Of a DNA stretch of 64,000 nucleotides, positions 1 through 8,740 are shown piece by piece. The DNA is from an uncultured virus (IMG/VR IMGVR_UViG_3300044506_000040) (lineage: Duplodnaviria; Heunggongvirae; Uroviricota; Caudoviricetes), in IMG/VR virus record IMGVR_UViG_3300044506_000040; one strand, written 5' to 3'. Every line of letters begins with the position of its first letter. Positions within the stretch are counted from its first letter, which is position 1. Below the pieces are notes generated by a model. The model was not told the origin of the DNA. It made no database searches and saw only the letters and a list, made by a program, of their open reading frames with translations. The translations under genes were made by a program, and so were the position numbers.

Positions 1-708
1 GAGACGATGCAGTCCCTGGCCAGTGCGATCAATGCCAGTGTGGCGAAGAATGGAAACCTGCAAGGCAGTCTCATGCAGATCCTGACCTCGGCCCATGCAG
101 CCGCGTCCAGTGCGACAGCCGCGTCCAGCTCCCAGGGTGCTGCCACAGCTTCTGCTACTGCCGCAAACACGTCCAAGACGAATGCAGCCAGTAGCGCCAG
201 TGGGGCATCCACGTCTGCCACCAATGCCGCAGCCTCAGCCACAACCGCCGCTACCGCGGTGACGAACGCAGGGAACTCGGCGAGCGCTGCCTCAACGTCT
301 GCCGGACAGGCTTCGACATCGGCGACCAATGCAGCGGGTTATGCAGCACGTACTGCGAACTTCAAGCAGGTGGCGCCGGCCAAGGGAGCGAGTTGGTTCA
401 GTGGTGCGAACACGGGAACCTTTACCGTGTCAGTCGCCATCACCGCTCCGGGCACTGGACACATCTTCGCCATCGGGATCATGAATGCGGCAGGCGTTGC
501 AGCTACTGCACCCACGGTTTCGTTTACGGCTAACGGTGCGCAGATCTGCGCTTCGGAAGTGTGCGGATTGAACGCCAAGCTGGAAGGTTCGGTGGCAGTC
601 AGTACAGGTCAGGCCATCACGCTGACGTTGTCAGTCGCATGCGGTGATCCCACGGAAGCAGCAGCGAGCATCTATGTGTTTGGCTTCTTTGTTCCGTCAG
701 CAAATTAA
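1..708 (+). CDS. Ala/Ser/Thr-rich tail fibre-like protein with C-terminal beta domain (probably 5'-truncated by window edge)
   Basis: Frame is open from base 1 (ATG at 7); Stf-like A/S/T coiled-coil repeats followed by a beta-rich C-terminus. Confidence 0.7.
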   Translation, partial: ETMQSLASAINASVAKNGNLQGSLMQILTSAHAAASSATAASSSQGAATASATAANTSKTNAASSASGASTSATNAAASATTAATAVTNAGNSASAASTSAGQASTSATNAAGYAARTANFKQVAPAKGASWFSGANTGTFTVSVAITAPGTGHIFAIGIMNAAGVAATAPTVSFTANGAQICASEVCGLNAKLEGSVAVSTGQAITLTLSVACGDPTEAAASIYVFGFFVPSAN

Positions 709-717
709 GGATTCGTT

Positions 718-1389
718 ATGGATACTCCATCAAAACAACTCGCAGACAACCTCAGTGGATTGACGGCTAGCCTTGCGGGGTTGGTGCCGGGGTTGGGTAG
801 CAATCAAGCTGCGGACATTGATGCTCAGGCACAAGCGGCAGCTGCAAAGATTGATGCGCAGAATGCATCGGCAGCTGCGACCGCGGCTTCACAAAGCGCC
901 ACCCTGTCGTCGGGCAGTGCGCAGCAAGCGTCGGGCTTTGCCACCAACGCCTCAGCCAGTGCCTTGGATGCCGAGACCAGTGCCTCGAAAGCCACGTACT
1001 TGGCGGCGCAAGCGATTGCAGCGAACAACGCAGCGACGACCAGTGCCAGCAATGCCGCGGCTTCAGCTACGGCTGCCGCAAGTAGCGCCCAGACGTCGCT
1101 GACCAATGCGGCGAGCGCCGCTCAGGCCGCGTCGTCCGCTGCGGTAGCGGCTGCTCAATTTAAGAACTCGGGTGCAGACCCGACAGCACTGAGCCTCACG
1201 CAATCTCCCTTCGTGTGGCAAGCGCCCGCAGATGGGATGGTGATTGTGGACGGCACGGGTATCACGCTGTCCTACACCCGCAACTCGACCACGCTGCCTC
1301 TGACGGCAGCAACGTTTCCGGTATTCAAGGGCGACACCATCACGGTGACGTTCGACGAAGCACCCACGATGAACTTCATCCAGAGGTAA
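718..1389 (+). CDS. Ala-rich short fibre protein
   Basis: RBS AAGGA upstream; A/S/T repeats and a small C-terminal beta domain. Confidence 0.7.
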   Translation: MDTPSKQLADNLSGLTASLAGLVPGLGSNQAADIDAQAQAAAAKIDAQNASAAATAASQSATLSSGSAQQASGFATNASASALDAETSASKATYLAAQAIAANNAATTSASNAAASATAAASSAQTSLTNAASAAQAASSAAVAAAQFKNSGADPTALSLTQSPFVWQAPADGMVIVDGTGITLSYTRNSTTLPLTAATFPVFKGDTITVTFDEAPTMNFIQR

Positions 1390-1392
1390 GTG

Positions 1393-4300
1393 ATGAGCAG
1401 TGATGGTACTTCTTCATCTGACTTGAGTGCACTGCTTACTTCGATTGCTGGCTTTACCACGATCTTTGAGGATCTGTTTGCCCTCGAAATCACAGCAGCG
1501 AACAGTGCAACCGTTCAGGCCCAAAACGCAAGCACCTTTGCGGCTGCTGCCGCGACGAGTGCTGCATCTGCCTCTTCGTTGGTAGCCACGGTCGCGAACG
1601 ATGCGACTGCTGCGCTTACGAATGCAACCAATGCAGGAACCAGTGCAACGACGGCGGCGTCTGCCGCGACTCAGGCTGCTGGTTCCGCAACGACGGCGAG
1701 CTCCGCTGCCACGACGGCACAAAACGCGGCCAATGCCGCCGCTGCTGTGCAGGCTCAACTGAATACGTTGTATGAGTTCAGTTCGACCGGTGGCTCCGTC
1801 ACACTCAGCGCTGCGCAGGCATCGGCTGGGATTATCTGGGTGCAGGGTAACCTCACCAGTAATCTGACGATCACACTGCCGGCCACCGTCCACACGTTCA
1901 TTCTGGATAACTCGACCACGGGTATCTACACCGTCACGGTGAACATGACAGGTGGAACGGCTTCGGTGGGTGTGGGTCAGGGCAACGCGAACCAGTTGTT
2001 CTGCGATGGCTCCACGGGTATCTACTCGGTGTCGTCGGTCTCGGGTCTTCAGTTCACAGGCGTTAAGCCGATCAGTGCCGCGACCAATGCGCTGACCAAT
2101 CAGTACCAAGGTGCCTACACGCCGATGACCAACGGCACGGGTGGCACCTACGTGGCAACGCTCCCGCAAGGCGCGACCATGGGTGTGGGTGGTGCAGTGT
2201 TCTTGGATGCGCTCTCCGGTAAGTGGAGTGTGAAACCCAACGGTTCGGACACGGCAGACTTTGGTACGGCCTTTGCGATGAGTCCCGCTGACAAAGCGAT
2301 GTTCACGTGGAACGGATCGAGCTGGCGTACGACGATGTACACGAACCAGAGCTCGCCGGTGTTCAGTGTCTCGTTGACGGTCCCGGTCGCCTACATCACC
2401 CGTGGTGTTTTCGGTGGTGTGAGTGATGACGGTACGACGGCATTGCAAGCCACGACGGGTCGGTTCACAACCAGCCTGACTGTGCCGACCATGACGCTGG
2501 GGGACAACAGCTTTAACGCGGCGAACACGGCGTTTGTGTATGCGGCGATCAATGCCCTCATCGGTGGTGCTCCGGGGAACCTGGATACCCTGAATGAGTT
2601 GGCAGCAGCGATCAACGATGACACCAGTTTCTCGGCGACCCTCACCAACCTGATTGCGACGAAAGCGGCGATCAGTGGTCAAACGTTCACGGGTGGTATC
2701 TCGGCCCCGACGGTGACCGCAACGACGTCGATGACGACGCAGGGTTATGGTGGGAATGCTGCAACCGGGATTATCTATCTGGGGAGCTCGGGCTCGAAGT
2801 ATCTGCTCTGGGACGGTACGAGCTATAACCTGCCGGGCGCGTCCCTGAAGGTGAACAGCTCGACTGTCTGGACCGCAGCCACGTTCAGTCCAACGAACTA
2901 CGCAGCGCTCGCAGCAAGCAATGCCTTCAGTGGTTGGATCTCCTCGACAGAATCGGGTGGTGGTCTCTCGGCTGCGATTGCAGCAGCGGCTAGCAACACG
3001 GCTATCCTGGGTAGCTACTCGACGGGTGCAGGACTTGCGCTGAAGAGTGCCGCGACGGCAGCAGACCAGTCGGTGTGGGACATCGGGGTCAATGGCACGA
3101 CGATGTGGATGCGGGCCGTGAATGACGCAGGCTCGGCCACGACTACGCTGATGGATGCGTACCGGACGGGCTACCAAGTCACGTACGTTTCGTTCATGCC
3201 TAATGGTGGTCGCGTGCTGCTGGGACCGAACGTGGTGGATGACACCTACACACCGGTTCAGGTGAGTGCAGCGCTCTCGGTACAACGGATCAGCGGCGGC
3301 GGTCAGGCGATCGCGATTATCCCCGCACCAGTGAACGTCATCTCGGGCTCCACTCAGACGAACAACGTCATCACGTCGTACTCGGCTACAGGCAATGCAA
3401 AGTACCTGATGCTGAACGCGACGACCGACACCCTGGATACGCCGCTCACTTCGGGTACGCTGGGGATTGCATTCTGTATCGCCAGCAAACAGATCGCGGA
3501 GTTCCTCGCATCAGGCAACCTGCTGATTGGTGGCACGTCTGACGATGGCAGCAACCGCATTCAGGTCTTTGGCGGCGGGATCGCCATCAAGGGGAGCGGG
3601 TACGGTCTGACCTTCCCGGATGGCACGACGCAGACAACCGCGTATGCAGTCACCGCTCCAAGCGTGCAGAACTACATCCCGGCGAACGGGGTGACGACCT
3701 TCCAGATTCAGAACTACGGTCTGGGGCAAGTCGTGGGCTTCTCGAACGGCGGCTTCATGGTGCCGGGGCAGGACTACACGGCGACCACGGGTAACAGCGT
3801 GACGCTGACGGCAGCTGCCAATGGTGTCACGCAGTACACGTTCATGACGGGTGCGCTCTTCAATGCATCCAACGTGCTGCAACCGCAAGTCGCTCAGGTC
3901 ACAGGGACGGTCGGCAACACGGCACTGACGCTGCCCTTCTCGGCCTTGGCGGGCTACCTCTGGATCTTCCAGGGCGGCTCGTGGTTGGTGCCGGGTGTAG
4001 ACTTCACCTTCAGTGGCGGCACAGCGGTGACGCTGACTGCTGCACCGACGCAGGCCACCGATAGCTTCACGGCAATCAGTCTGCAACCGGTGTCGTTTGC
4101 GAACTGTGCGACCCAGACCAATGTGCAGCAAGGTCAGTTGACGTTTGCAGCCGATACGGGTGTAGCGAACGCGTATGCAGTGGCGTACATCCCGGCTCTG
4201 ACAGCTGCACCGGTGAACGGTCAGCGCATGACGTTCCAGGTGAAGACGACCAACACAGGCGCCTCCACGCTTTCGTGTAACGGTGGGACGGCTTACCCGA

Positions 4301-5385
4301 TCTACGGTAATGGTCACAACGCCCTGACGGGCGGTGAGCTCGTGAACACGGGTTTTGTGGAAGTCGTGTTCAGTGCCGCGTTCGGTTGCTGGATCGTCTG
4401 CGACAGTACGGGCGGTGCCCAACAGCAAGGTGGTAACCTGAACTTCGTGGGAACGGGTCTGCGTATCACGGGCGATATGTCCAATGCGTCGTACTCGAAC
4501 CAGCTGGCGTTCCAGACGAGCACGCTCAATGGCTCCACCAACTTGAACGTGCTGCCCAATGGCACGGGTCCGTCTACGCAAGTGATCGCGTGGTTGAAGT
4601 CCGATCCAACCAATTCGTCCTACGCGCTGATGAACATCAGTTCGTCGGCAGCATCCATCTCCACGGGTGCATTGGGTACGGGTACGCAGTTGCCGCTGGT
4701 CTTCTGGACCAACAGTGCTGAGCGCATGCGCATCAACACCGCAGGCCAGATTTACCTGGGTGGTGTGACGGCGGTGGGTGCGGGTTCCTGGGGCTCGGGC
4801 GTCTTTAACCTGAGCACCACGGTCAACACAATCCGTCACTTGATTCAAGGCCACGCCAATAACCAAGGTTATGGTACGGTCTACATCAACGGCGCAGAGC
4901 AAAGCACCTACACCAACGCGGTCATGTTCTTGAACAGCAGCGGTACGACTGTCGGGAACATCACGGTGACGGCGAGCGCCACAGCGTTTAACACCACGTC
5001 GGATTATCGCCTGAAGGAAAACGTGAAGCGGATGACGGGCGCAATTGACCGCGTCATGCAGACTCCAGTGTACACGTATAACTTCATCAACGATGAACAG
5101 AAGGAAGAGCATGACGGCTTCCTCGCACACGAGCTGGCGAAGACCACGCCGCGTGCTGTCATCGGTGAGAAGGATCAGATGCATCGCTGGCCGGTGATGC
5201 GTAAGGGTCACGATCCGAAGGATGTGAAGCCGGAAGACGTGTTGGCGATCTCGGAGATCATCGACCCGCAACTGGTGGATCACTCGAAGGCTGTGCCTCT
5301 GCTGTGGGCGGCACTACAAGAAGCAGTACACGAGATCCGTCACCTGAAGAATGAGGTTGCGGAACTCAAGAAACAGAAACGATAA
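1393..5385 (+). CDS. Long tail fibre with C-terminal intramolecular chaperone (peptidase S74)
   Basis: Fibre motifs GDNS..ANTAFV and APGNLDTLNELAAAI; chaperone signature TSDYRLKENV...GFLAHEL...VDHSKAVPLLWAALQE plus terminal coiled coil. Confidence 0.88.
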   Translation: MSSDGTSSSDLSALLTSIAGFTTIFEDLFALEITAANSATVQAQNASTFAAAAATSAASASSLVATVANDATAALTNATNAGTSATTAASAATQAAGSATTASSAATTAQNAANAAAAVQAQLNTLYEFSSTGGSVTLSAAQASAGIIWVQGNLTSNLTITLPATVHTFILDNSTTGIYTVTVNMTGGTASVGVGQGNANQLFCDGSTGIYSVSSVSGLQFTGVKPISAATNALTNQYQGAYTPMTNGTGGTYVATLPQGATMGVGGAVFLDALSGKWSVKPNGSDTADFGTAFAMSPADKAMFTWNGSSWRTTMYTNQSSPVFSVSLTVPVAYITRGVFGGVSDDGTTALQATTGRFTTSLTVPTMTLGDNSFNAANTAFVYAAINALIGGAPGNLDTLNELAAAINDDTSFSATLTNLIATKAAISGQTFTGGISAPTVTATTSMTTQGYGGNAATGIIYLGSSGSKYLLWDGTSYNLPGASLKVNSSTVWTAATFSPTNYAALAASNAFSGWISSTESGGGLSAAIAAAASNTAILGSYSTGAGLALKSAATAADQSVWDIGVNGTTMWMRAVNDAGSATTTLMDAYRTGYQVTYVSFMPNGGRVLLGPNVVDDTYTPVQVSAALSVQRISGGGQAIAIIPAPVNVISGSTQTNNVITSYSATGNAKYLMLNATTDTLDTPLTSGTLGIAFCIASKQIAEFLASGNLLIGGTSDDGSNRIQVFGGGIAIKGSGYGLTFPDGTTQTTAYAVTAPSVQNYIPANGVTTFQIQNYGLGQVVGFSNGGFMVPGQDYTATTGNSVTLTAAANGVTQYTFMTGALFNASNVLQPQVAQVTGTVGNTALTLPFSALAGYLWIFQGGSWLVPGVDFTFSGGTAVTLTAAPTQATDSFTAISLQPVSFANCATQTNVQQGQLTFAADTGVANAYAVAYIPALTAAPVNGQRMTFQVKTTNTGASTLSCNGGTAYPIYGNGHNALTGGELVNTGFVEVVFSAAFGCWIVCDSTGGAQQQGGNLNFVGTGLRITGDMSNASYSNQLAFQTSTLNGSTNLNVLPNGTGPSTQVIAWLKSDPTNSSYALMNISSSAASISTGALGTGTQLPLVFWTNSAERMRINTAGQIYLGGVTAVGAGSWGSGVFNLSTTVNTIRHLIQGHANNQGYGTVYINGAEQSTYTNAVMFLNSSGTTVGNITVTASATAFNTTSDYRLKENVKRMTGAIDRVMQTPVYTYNFINDEQKEEHDGFLAHELAKTTPRAVIGEKDQMHRWPVMRKGHDPKDVKPEDVLAISEIIDPQLVDHSKAVPLLWAALQEAVHEIRHLKNEVAELKKQKR

Positions 5386-5397
5386 CATGCCCGTTTG

Positions 5398-5425
5398 AGT
5401 CCTCCCTTCGGGGAGGACTTATTTT
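5398..5425 (+). terminator. Intrinsic terminator with UUCG loop
   Basis: AGTCCTCCC-TTCG-GGGAGGACT followed by TATTTT. Confidence 0.8.
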
Positions 5426-5447
5426 CTGTTATCTCGGGGAATGAATC

Positions 5448-5633
5448 ATGACCGATTCAACTCAGCAGGACCTGGCGTCTCTCGTAGCGCTGGTGCAGGA
5501 ACTTCGTGGGGACGTTGTGTCGCTGAGAGAAACCTGTGAAAGTCAAGGGCGGCAGTTGCGCAATCACACGCGCCGCATCGAAGAACTCGAAGCGCGACTC
5601 AGTGTGTTGCGTGCATTAAAAAGGATGGAATGA
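5448..5633 (+). CDS. Small coiled-coil protein
   Basis: 61-aa ORF with heptad pattern and a GGGGA RBS. Confidence 0.6.
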   Translation: MTDSTQQDLASLVALVQELRGDVVSLRETCESQGRQLRNHTRRIEELEARLSVLRALKRME

Positions 5634-5636
5634 TTC

Positions 5637-6791
5637 ATGGGTACGTTTACACAGAACCTCGCCCTGCTCGTTGAGTTTCTCAAGGCATCGGCGAATGGGA
5701 ATATCCAATTCACCGGCACGTCCACGCTGGGTGGTAACGGTCTGGTCTTCCCCGATGGCAGCCTTCAGTATGCAGCTGCCTCCGGCAAGAACAAGGTAGT
5801 TAATGGTGACTGCCGAGTGCAGCAGTATCCTAGTGGGATTGCGTTGGCTTCAGCCGCGGGTTCGGGTTATGGTGGGGTGGATCGCTACAAGGCGACCAAC
5901 AGTGGGGCAACGGGCGGGGCGTTCACCCAGAGCGCGGGCACCATCAGCATTGGCGGAATCAGCTATCCCGCTGTCGTGCAAACCGTCAACACGGTCCCCA
6001 CTGCGCTCACGGGGATCAACTACTTCGGTGGCATCCAAACATTGATCGAAGGCTACAACGTCTACGACTTGTTGGGTGGCAATTGCTCGCTGCGCTTCCT
6101 GTTCTTTGCAACGGTCGCAGGCACCTACTCGATCTGTCTGTATGACTTCGCCGCCGGCTACTCGTACGTCACGAGCTTTGTGGCAACGGCGGGCGCCCAG
6201 CTGGTTCAGATTCAGAACATCCCGGTGTCATTGAGTTTGGCGTTGGCATCGAGTACCGCATCTGGGTTGGGCGTCTCGATCGGCTTCCTGAACCTGGGGA
6301 CGTATCTGACGAGCACACTGAATGTGTGGCAGTCGGGGATTGCACGAACGGCAGCAGGCTCGACGAACTGGGCAGCAACAATCGGGAATCAGATTGCGGT
6401 CTCGGACTTGCAGTTGGAAGCTGGTCCCGTCTGCACACCGATGGAGCGCAAGCTCTTTTCTGCGTCGCTCGCCGACTGCATGCGCTACTACGAATATCAG
6501 CCGAGCGGTCAGTTCGCAGCCGGTGGGGTGAATGGCGCAACGGTCGCTTACCTTCAGTTGCACTTCCAGCCCAAGCGTGTCACGCCGTCCAGTATCACGA
6601 GTGCCGCCGCTAACCAATTCACGATCTGGACTGCAACCACGGCGAACATCCAACCAAGCGCGCTGTCATTCAACGCGCAGAATTCGACCTCTGCTCTGGT
6701 GACAGCAACCATCGCGGGCGGTGTGGCGGGACAAGCGGCAATCCTGGAAAACAACGGATCCTCGTGGGTTGCGATTTCTGCGGAGATTTGA
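5637..6791 (+). CDS. Tail fibre/receptor-binding protein with carbohydrate-binding-like domain
   Basis: KNKVVNGDCRVQQ...DRY...LQLEAG...TPMERK...LADCMRYYE motif set typical of phage fibre domains. Confidence 0.75.
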   Translation: MGTFTQNLALLVEFLKASANGNIQFTGTSTLGGNGLVFPDGSLQYAAASGKNKVVNGDCRVQQYPSGIALASAAGSGYGGVDRYKATNSGATGGAFTQSAGTISIGGISYPAVVQTVNTVPTALTGINYFGGIQTLIEGYNVYDLLGGNCSLRFLFFATVAGTYSICLYDFAAGYSYVTSFVATAGAQLVQIQNIPVSLSLALASSTASGLGVSIGFLNLGTYLTSTLNVWQSGIARTAAGSTNWAATIGNQIAVSDLQLEAGPVCTPMERKLFSASLADCMRYYEYQPSGQFAAGGVNGATVAYLQLHFQPKRVTPSSITSAAANQFTIWTATTANIQPSALSFNAQNSTSALVTATIAGGVAGQAAILENNGSSWVAISAEI

Positions 6792-6800
6792 GGGAGCACT

Positions 6801-7358
6801 ATGACCACGTTTACGCAAAACCTTGCGTTGCTTGTGGAGCAGCTCAAGGCGGGCATCACTTACGTTACGACGTTGACGCCAGCCAAGGGCGACAACAGTA
6901 CGAACTTGGCGACCACCCAGTACGTCGATTCGAATCGCACAGCTAACAGCGCGGTTCAGTTCAAGAGCGCCTCGGTGTCAGTCGCAGTCAGTGCAGCCTG
7001 GGCAACCGTCGCGGCGATCCCCATCACGTTTCCGGCAAAGTCGGCAACGGGTGCGTTTCGCATCATGTTCATTGTCAATACCAACGGCAGTTGGGCAAAT
7101 ACGGGTGGAGTGCAACCGTACTGGTACGGACATCAAATCCTGGACGGGGCCAATTCCAATAACGGCATCGCCACGTCAGGCGGCACAAGTCAGATCATCA
7201 CACCCACTTCGGGCAGTGGGTTTGGCTACAGTGAGGTGATGGTCAGCCCCTATACGTACACACCGGGTGCAACAGTGACCTTTACCTTGCAAGCCTACAC
7301 CAACGCCAGCTGCACGATTGCGCAGTACAACGTGTCGGCGATTATCCTGGAGGCTTAA
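6801..7358 (+). CDS. Short tail fibre protein
   Basis: GDNSTNLATTQYV fibre motif; N-terminus nearly identical to that of the 5637 gene. Confidence 0.7.
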   Translation: MTTFTQNLALLVEQLKAGITYVTTLTPAKGDNSTNLATTQYVDSNRTANSAVQFKSASVSVAVSAAWATVAAIPITFPAKSATGAFRIMFIVNTNGSWANTGGVQPYWYGHQILDGANSNNGIATSGGTSQIITPTSGSGFGYSEVMVSPYTYTPGATVTFTLQAYTNASCTIAQYNVSAIILEA

Positions 7359-7964
7359 GTGGCTACGATCAATCAACTGATGGCCAGACTGGTCGACATC
7401 TTCGGGCCGGCTGCATCGGCCAATCCCACGAAGCTCTATGGGAACCTGATGGTGTCGCCCAACGGTAACATCCTCGTCGGCGGGACGACGGATAACGGCG
7501 TGCAGAAGTTGCAGGTGACCGGCAATGCGCTGGTGTCGGGCTACGCGGCCCGCACTCAGCAACCCGCCTTCTGCATGACGCAGTACACCTACACGGTGGT
7601 CAACTTCGCGACCAATCAGTCAGTGGTCATGGGTTCGAACACCTGGTCGGGTGTGACGATGCAGTGTAACGTCGGTGGCTACTTTAGCACGACCAGTGGG
7701 GTGTTCACCGCACCGATTGCAGGCACCTATGTGTTTGCAGCATCGCTTTCGTGTGATGGCGGCAATGCACGGATTGACTTGATCCACAATGGCACAGCTG
7801 TCACGCCTTATGGTCTCTTGAATTACGGGACGAACTGGATCACGGCAAGTGGCACGTGGGTGCTCAATCTGGCAGCGGGCGACACGGTCTACTGCACGAT
7901 GGCCGCCGTCAATAGCACGACGGTGAGCAGCTTCGGTAACTCGTTCTCGGGATGGCTGATGTAA
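7359..7964 (+). CDS. C1q-domain fibre protein
   Basis: FTAPIAGTYVF and terminal FSGWLM C1q signatures; GTG start. Confidence 0.8.
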   Translation: MATINQLMARLVDIFGPAASANPTKLYGNLMVSPNGNILVGGTTDNGVQKLQVTGNALVSGYAARTQQPAFCMTQYTYTVVNFATNQSVVMGSNTWSGVTMQCNVGGYFSTTSGVFTAPIAGTYVFAASLSCDGGNARIDLIHNGTAVTPYGLLNYGTNWITASGTWVLNLAAGDTVYCTMAAVNSTTVSSFGNSFSGWLM

Positions 7965-8575
7965 TGGCTACGCTCACCGAGTTGAAGGCGCGCTTGGTGG
8001 ATCTCTTCGGTCCAGCAGGCGCAGCTAACCCCGCTAAGCTCATGGGCAATCTGGAAGTCTCCCCCGCTGGAAATGTGCTGGTGGGGACGGGCACGGATAA
8101 CGGGATTCAGAAGCTGCAAGTCAACGGTAACATGGCCGTTTCCGGTTACTTGGCGCGGACATCGCAGGTGTCGTTTGCCGCGACTCAGTACTACTACCAA
8201 GTGAATAACTTCGCTGCCAATCAAGTGGTGACGATGTGTGACAATGCCGCTTGGAGTGGGACGACGGTTCAGGCCAATAACGGTAACGCTTTCAACGTTG
8301 CTAACGGTGCGTTCACTGCACCCGTGGCAGGCATCTATGTTTTCACTGCCTCACTCACCACCAGTGCAGGCACCACGTTCTTTCAGTTCTATAAGAACGG
8401 TGGCGCTGTTGGGAACCAGTGGCTGGTCTACACGGCATCGGGTGCTTGGTCAACCGGTGCAGCGACTTTCGTCTGTCAGATGAACGTCGGGGACTACATG
8501 CAGGTGGTGATGGGATCGAACAACGGCAACACCGCCGCGGGTTACGGGAACATGTTTTCAGGCTTTCTGTTGTAA
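7964..8575 (+). CDS. C1q-domain fibre protein (paralog of preceding gene)
   Basis: FTAPVAGIYVF and terminal FSGFLL; TAATG stop/start overlap. Confidence 0.82.
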   Translation: MATLTELKARLVDLFGPAGAANPAKLMGNLEVSPAGNVLVGTGTDNGIQKLQVNGNMAVSGYLARTSQVSFAATQYYYQVNNFAANQVVTMCDNAAWSGTTVQANNGNAFNVANGAFTAPVAGIYVFTASLTTSAGTTFFQFYKNGGAVGNQWLVYTASGAWSTGAATFVCQMNVGDYMQVVMGSNNGNTAAGYGNMFSGFLL

Positions 8576-8652
8576 GTTTTCCCAGGTAGTATATGTTATA
8601 CGGGAGGCGTGCTTTTCAGCGCACCTCCTGCTCCCCAACCCCTATGCCATGT

Positions 8653-8684
8653 GCTGAGCCGAGTGCTCAGCTTTTATGCCGTCA
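8653..8684 (+). terminator. Hairpin + TTTTATGCCGTCA element
   Basis: GCTGAGC-CGAGT-GCTCAGC followed by TTTTATGCCGTCA; the motif recurs in the window. Confidence 0.7.
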
Positions 8685-8740
8685 GGTAATTTTTGGCTCG
8701 AATCGTATGTGAATTTCTCCGAGAACAAGGGAAAACGGTT

